From contig CM059432.1 of the NCBI GenBank assembly GCA_030390025.1, positions 30,692,001 through 30,756,000 on the forward strand: a stretch of 64,000 nucleotides of DNA, given 5' to 3'. This stretch comes from Squalus acanthias (Eukaryota). The notes beneath the pieces are model-generated. The model was not told the origin of the DNA, ran no database searches, and saw nothing but the letters and a program-made list of their open reading frames with translations. Shown in pieces: positions 61,701-64,000 of the stretch (positions within the stretch are counted from its first letter, which is position 1; each line of letters begins with the position of its first letter). The translations under genes were made by a program, and so were the position numbers.

Positions 61701-62353
61701 CTGATAGGTCTGATTCTGTGAGTATGGCTATGTCAGGATATTGCTTGACAAGTCTGTGGGACAGCTCTCCCAATTTTGACACAAGTCCACAGATGTTAGT
61801 GAGAGGACTTTGCCGGGTCGACTGGGCTGGGTTGTGTCCGAGTCCGATGCCTAGGTTGACCCGTACGGTTTTATTATTATTATACCTTTTTGTAGTGGTT
61901 TGATACAACTGAGTCGCTCGCTAAGCCATTTCAGAGGGCTGTTAAGAGTCAACTGCATTGTTGTTGGTCTGAAGTCACATATAGGCCAGACTGGGAAAAG
62001 ACGACAGGTTTCCTTCCCTAAAGGACATTAGTGAACCAGTTGGGTTTTTATGACTAATCATGGTCACCATTACTAATACTAGCTTTTTGTTCCAGATTTA
62101 TTTAATTAACTGAATTCAAGTTCACAAAATGCCATGGTGGGAATTGAACCCCCGAATGACTAGTCCAGTAACATAACCAATATGCTACCATATCTACTCT
62201 ATTGACTCCTTTTATCATTTTAAAATTTCAACTTGATCAACCTTCAACCTTCTAAACTAAAAGGAATACATCCCAGGTTTATGCAACATATCCTCATAAT
62301 TTAACCTGTTAAGGTCTGGGATAATTCTGGTGCATCTGCGCTGTACACTCTCC
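58745..62353 (-). mobile_element. Old CR1 3' fragment (58745-59064 and 62191-62353) split by the tRNA-headed LINE
   Basis: CR1 3' UTR and C-terminal sequence continue on both sides of the insertion. Confidence 0.75.
59065..62190 (-). mobile_element. Near full-length single-ORF endonuclease-RT LINE with a tRNA-type 5' head (CR1/L2 group, clade unresolved), decayed
   Basis: A-box 62187-62177; B-box 62150-62140; endonuclease start NICGLVSKLGEL...PDIAILTES; SISLLSIISKVME, ALDIKAAF, MFADDC; A-rich tail. Confidence 0.88.
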
Positions 62354-63005
62354 TGTGAAGGAATAAGCCATATAACCTATTTAGAAAAATATACCATCTT
62401 ATGAAGGAGTTCTGGCCTTATTAAAATATGACAAACTGGGTTTGGAAATTTAGAAACCTAACTATGAAATAGCTATGAAAGCATTCTGGCTATTGAGATA
62501 AGACAGTTGTTGACCCTGAATAAATAACCTTATTGAAACAGAAGGTGCACGGCTCTGACAAGCTGACCTTTTGGGAACAAAACAATGGTTCACCCTGGAT
62601 AAGGTGTTCTAATTTAAACTTTGTAAAGATGGCACATAAGATAAGGAACATCTGCCCTCATAAAGATGACATAAAATAAGGAACACCTGTCGTTCACACC
62701 GTTTTTATATGGTCAACCCAGAACACCTGGAGATTTGACAAGATTCTGGCTGATGTGGCAGTAAGAGTTGCAGAGGTCGGCAGAAAAATGAATAGAGATA
62801 ATTAACTTGTATCAGCAGAAAACCTTAAAGGAAATACCACTGGAAAAGGGTATAAATATTGAACTCTCGAATAGGATATCAGACTCGCTTTAATCGGGCA
62901 AAGTGATTCTCAGCTTCAGAGGCGGCTCTGTAGTCTACCACTCTTTGTACCTCGGGGATCAAAGGTATTTGGTATTGATGGATATCCTGTAAAGAGAACC
63001 TTAAG
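62354..63005 (+). mobile_element. Putative truncated LTR
   Basis: Starts TGTGAAG at the CR1 breakpoint; ~30-bp tandem duplication at ~62625-62690; TATAAAT at 62851; cut by Penelope. Confidence 0.35.
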
Positions 63006-64000
63006 ACTCATCTGACGCTTCAACAAAAAACTTTTTTTCTTCCTTTCTGATGTCAAGGATCGCAAGCTTCATCAACTCTTGAACACCAACGTCCCTCCGG
63101 AACCTTCTTCCCCTTCATTTTCCTCTGACCCCCCTTCTCCCAATCTCACCCCCTGCTGCGTTTTCACTATCCCTTCTGACCTCCCCCTTTCTGACCCCGA
63201 ACGATCAGTCCTCAGCAAAGGCCTGAGCTTCATCCCCTTACGCCCCCACCTCAATGAATTTCGAGCTCGGCACGATGCTGGGCTCTTTTTCTGCCGCCTT
63301 CGCCTCCATGCCCACTTCTTTGGCCAGGAGTCTTCCGCCCGCACGGCTGACCCATTCTCCCGCTTTCAGAATTCCCGTTCTACCTGGACCCCTCCCTCTG
63401 GCCTCTTACCCTCTCTAGATCGTTTCATTGCTAACTGCCGGCGTGACATCGGCCGTCTCAATTTCTCTGCTCCACTCTCTCACTCCAACCTACCTCCCTC
63501 TGAACTTGCAGCACTCTATTCCCTCAGATCCAACCCCGACATTGTCATTAAACCTGCTGACAAGGGTGGTGCTGTTGTTGTTTGGCGTACCGACCTCTAC
63601 TAGCAGAAGCTGAACGCCAACTCTCCGACACCTCCTCCTACCTCCACCTGGACCATGACCCCACTATCGATCATCAAACCACCATTTCCAAGACCGTCAC
63701 TGACCTCATCTCCTCTGGAGATCTTCCCCGCACGGCCGCCAACCTCATAGTTCCCCAACCCCGCACAGCCCGCTTCTACCTCCTTCCCAAGATCCACAAA
63801 CAGTACTGCCCTGGTAGACCCATCGTTTCAGCCTGTTCTTGCCCCACGGAACTTATCTCTTCCTATCTCGACTCTATTTTTTCTCCCCTTATGCAGTCTC
63901 TTCCCACCTACATCCGCGACTCTTCCGACGCCCTCCGCCACTTTAACAGTTTCCAGTTTCCCGGCCCCAACCGCCTCCTTTTCACTATGGACGTACAATC
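63005..64000 (+). pseudogene. Penelope-like element (C-rich, probably family 2), RT N-terminal region; runs off the window
   Basis: LSKGLSFIP and IKPADKGGAVVVW; after a frameshift near 63600, FYLLPKIHK...PGRPIVS and LFTMDVQS. Confidence 0.9.

Overview
Vertebrate repeat-dominated DNA, most likely from a cartilaginous fish (shark). That assignment is inferred from the repeat families: CR1 with esterase ORF1, L2, Tx1, two Penelope families, PIF/Harbinger transposons and MITEs, and Deu-domain SINEs. I found no host gene exon; most of the window is nested, largely decayed mobile DNA. The strongest lead is a single-ORF endonuclease/reverse-transcriptase LINE (near full-length at 59065-62190, minus strand). 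It starts with a tRNA-type A/B-box head and its sense strand is almost free of oligo-T runs (Pol III terminators). A 430-bp SINE-like derivative made of only its two ends sits at 38988-39417. Together these suggest a Pol III-transcribed protein-coding LINE. Other leads are short non-coding Penelope fold-back insertions with a minimal hammerhead ribozyme on each strand, and a Harbinger MITE carrying promoter motifs plus three conserved splice donors. All coordinates and counts were read by eye and may be off by a few bases; I could not check novelty against any database.
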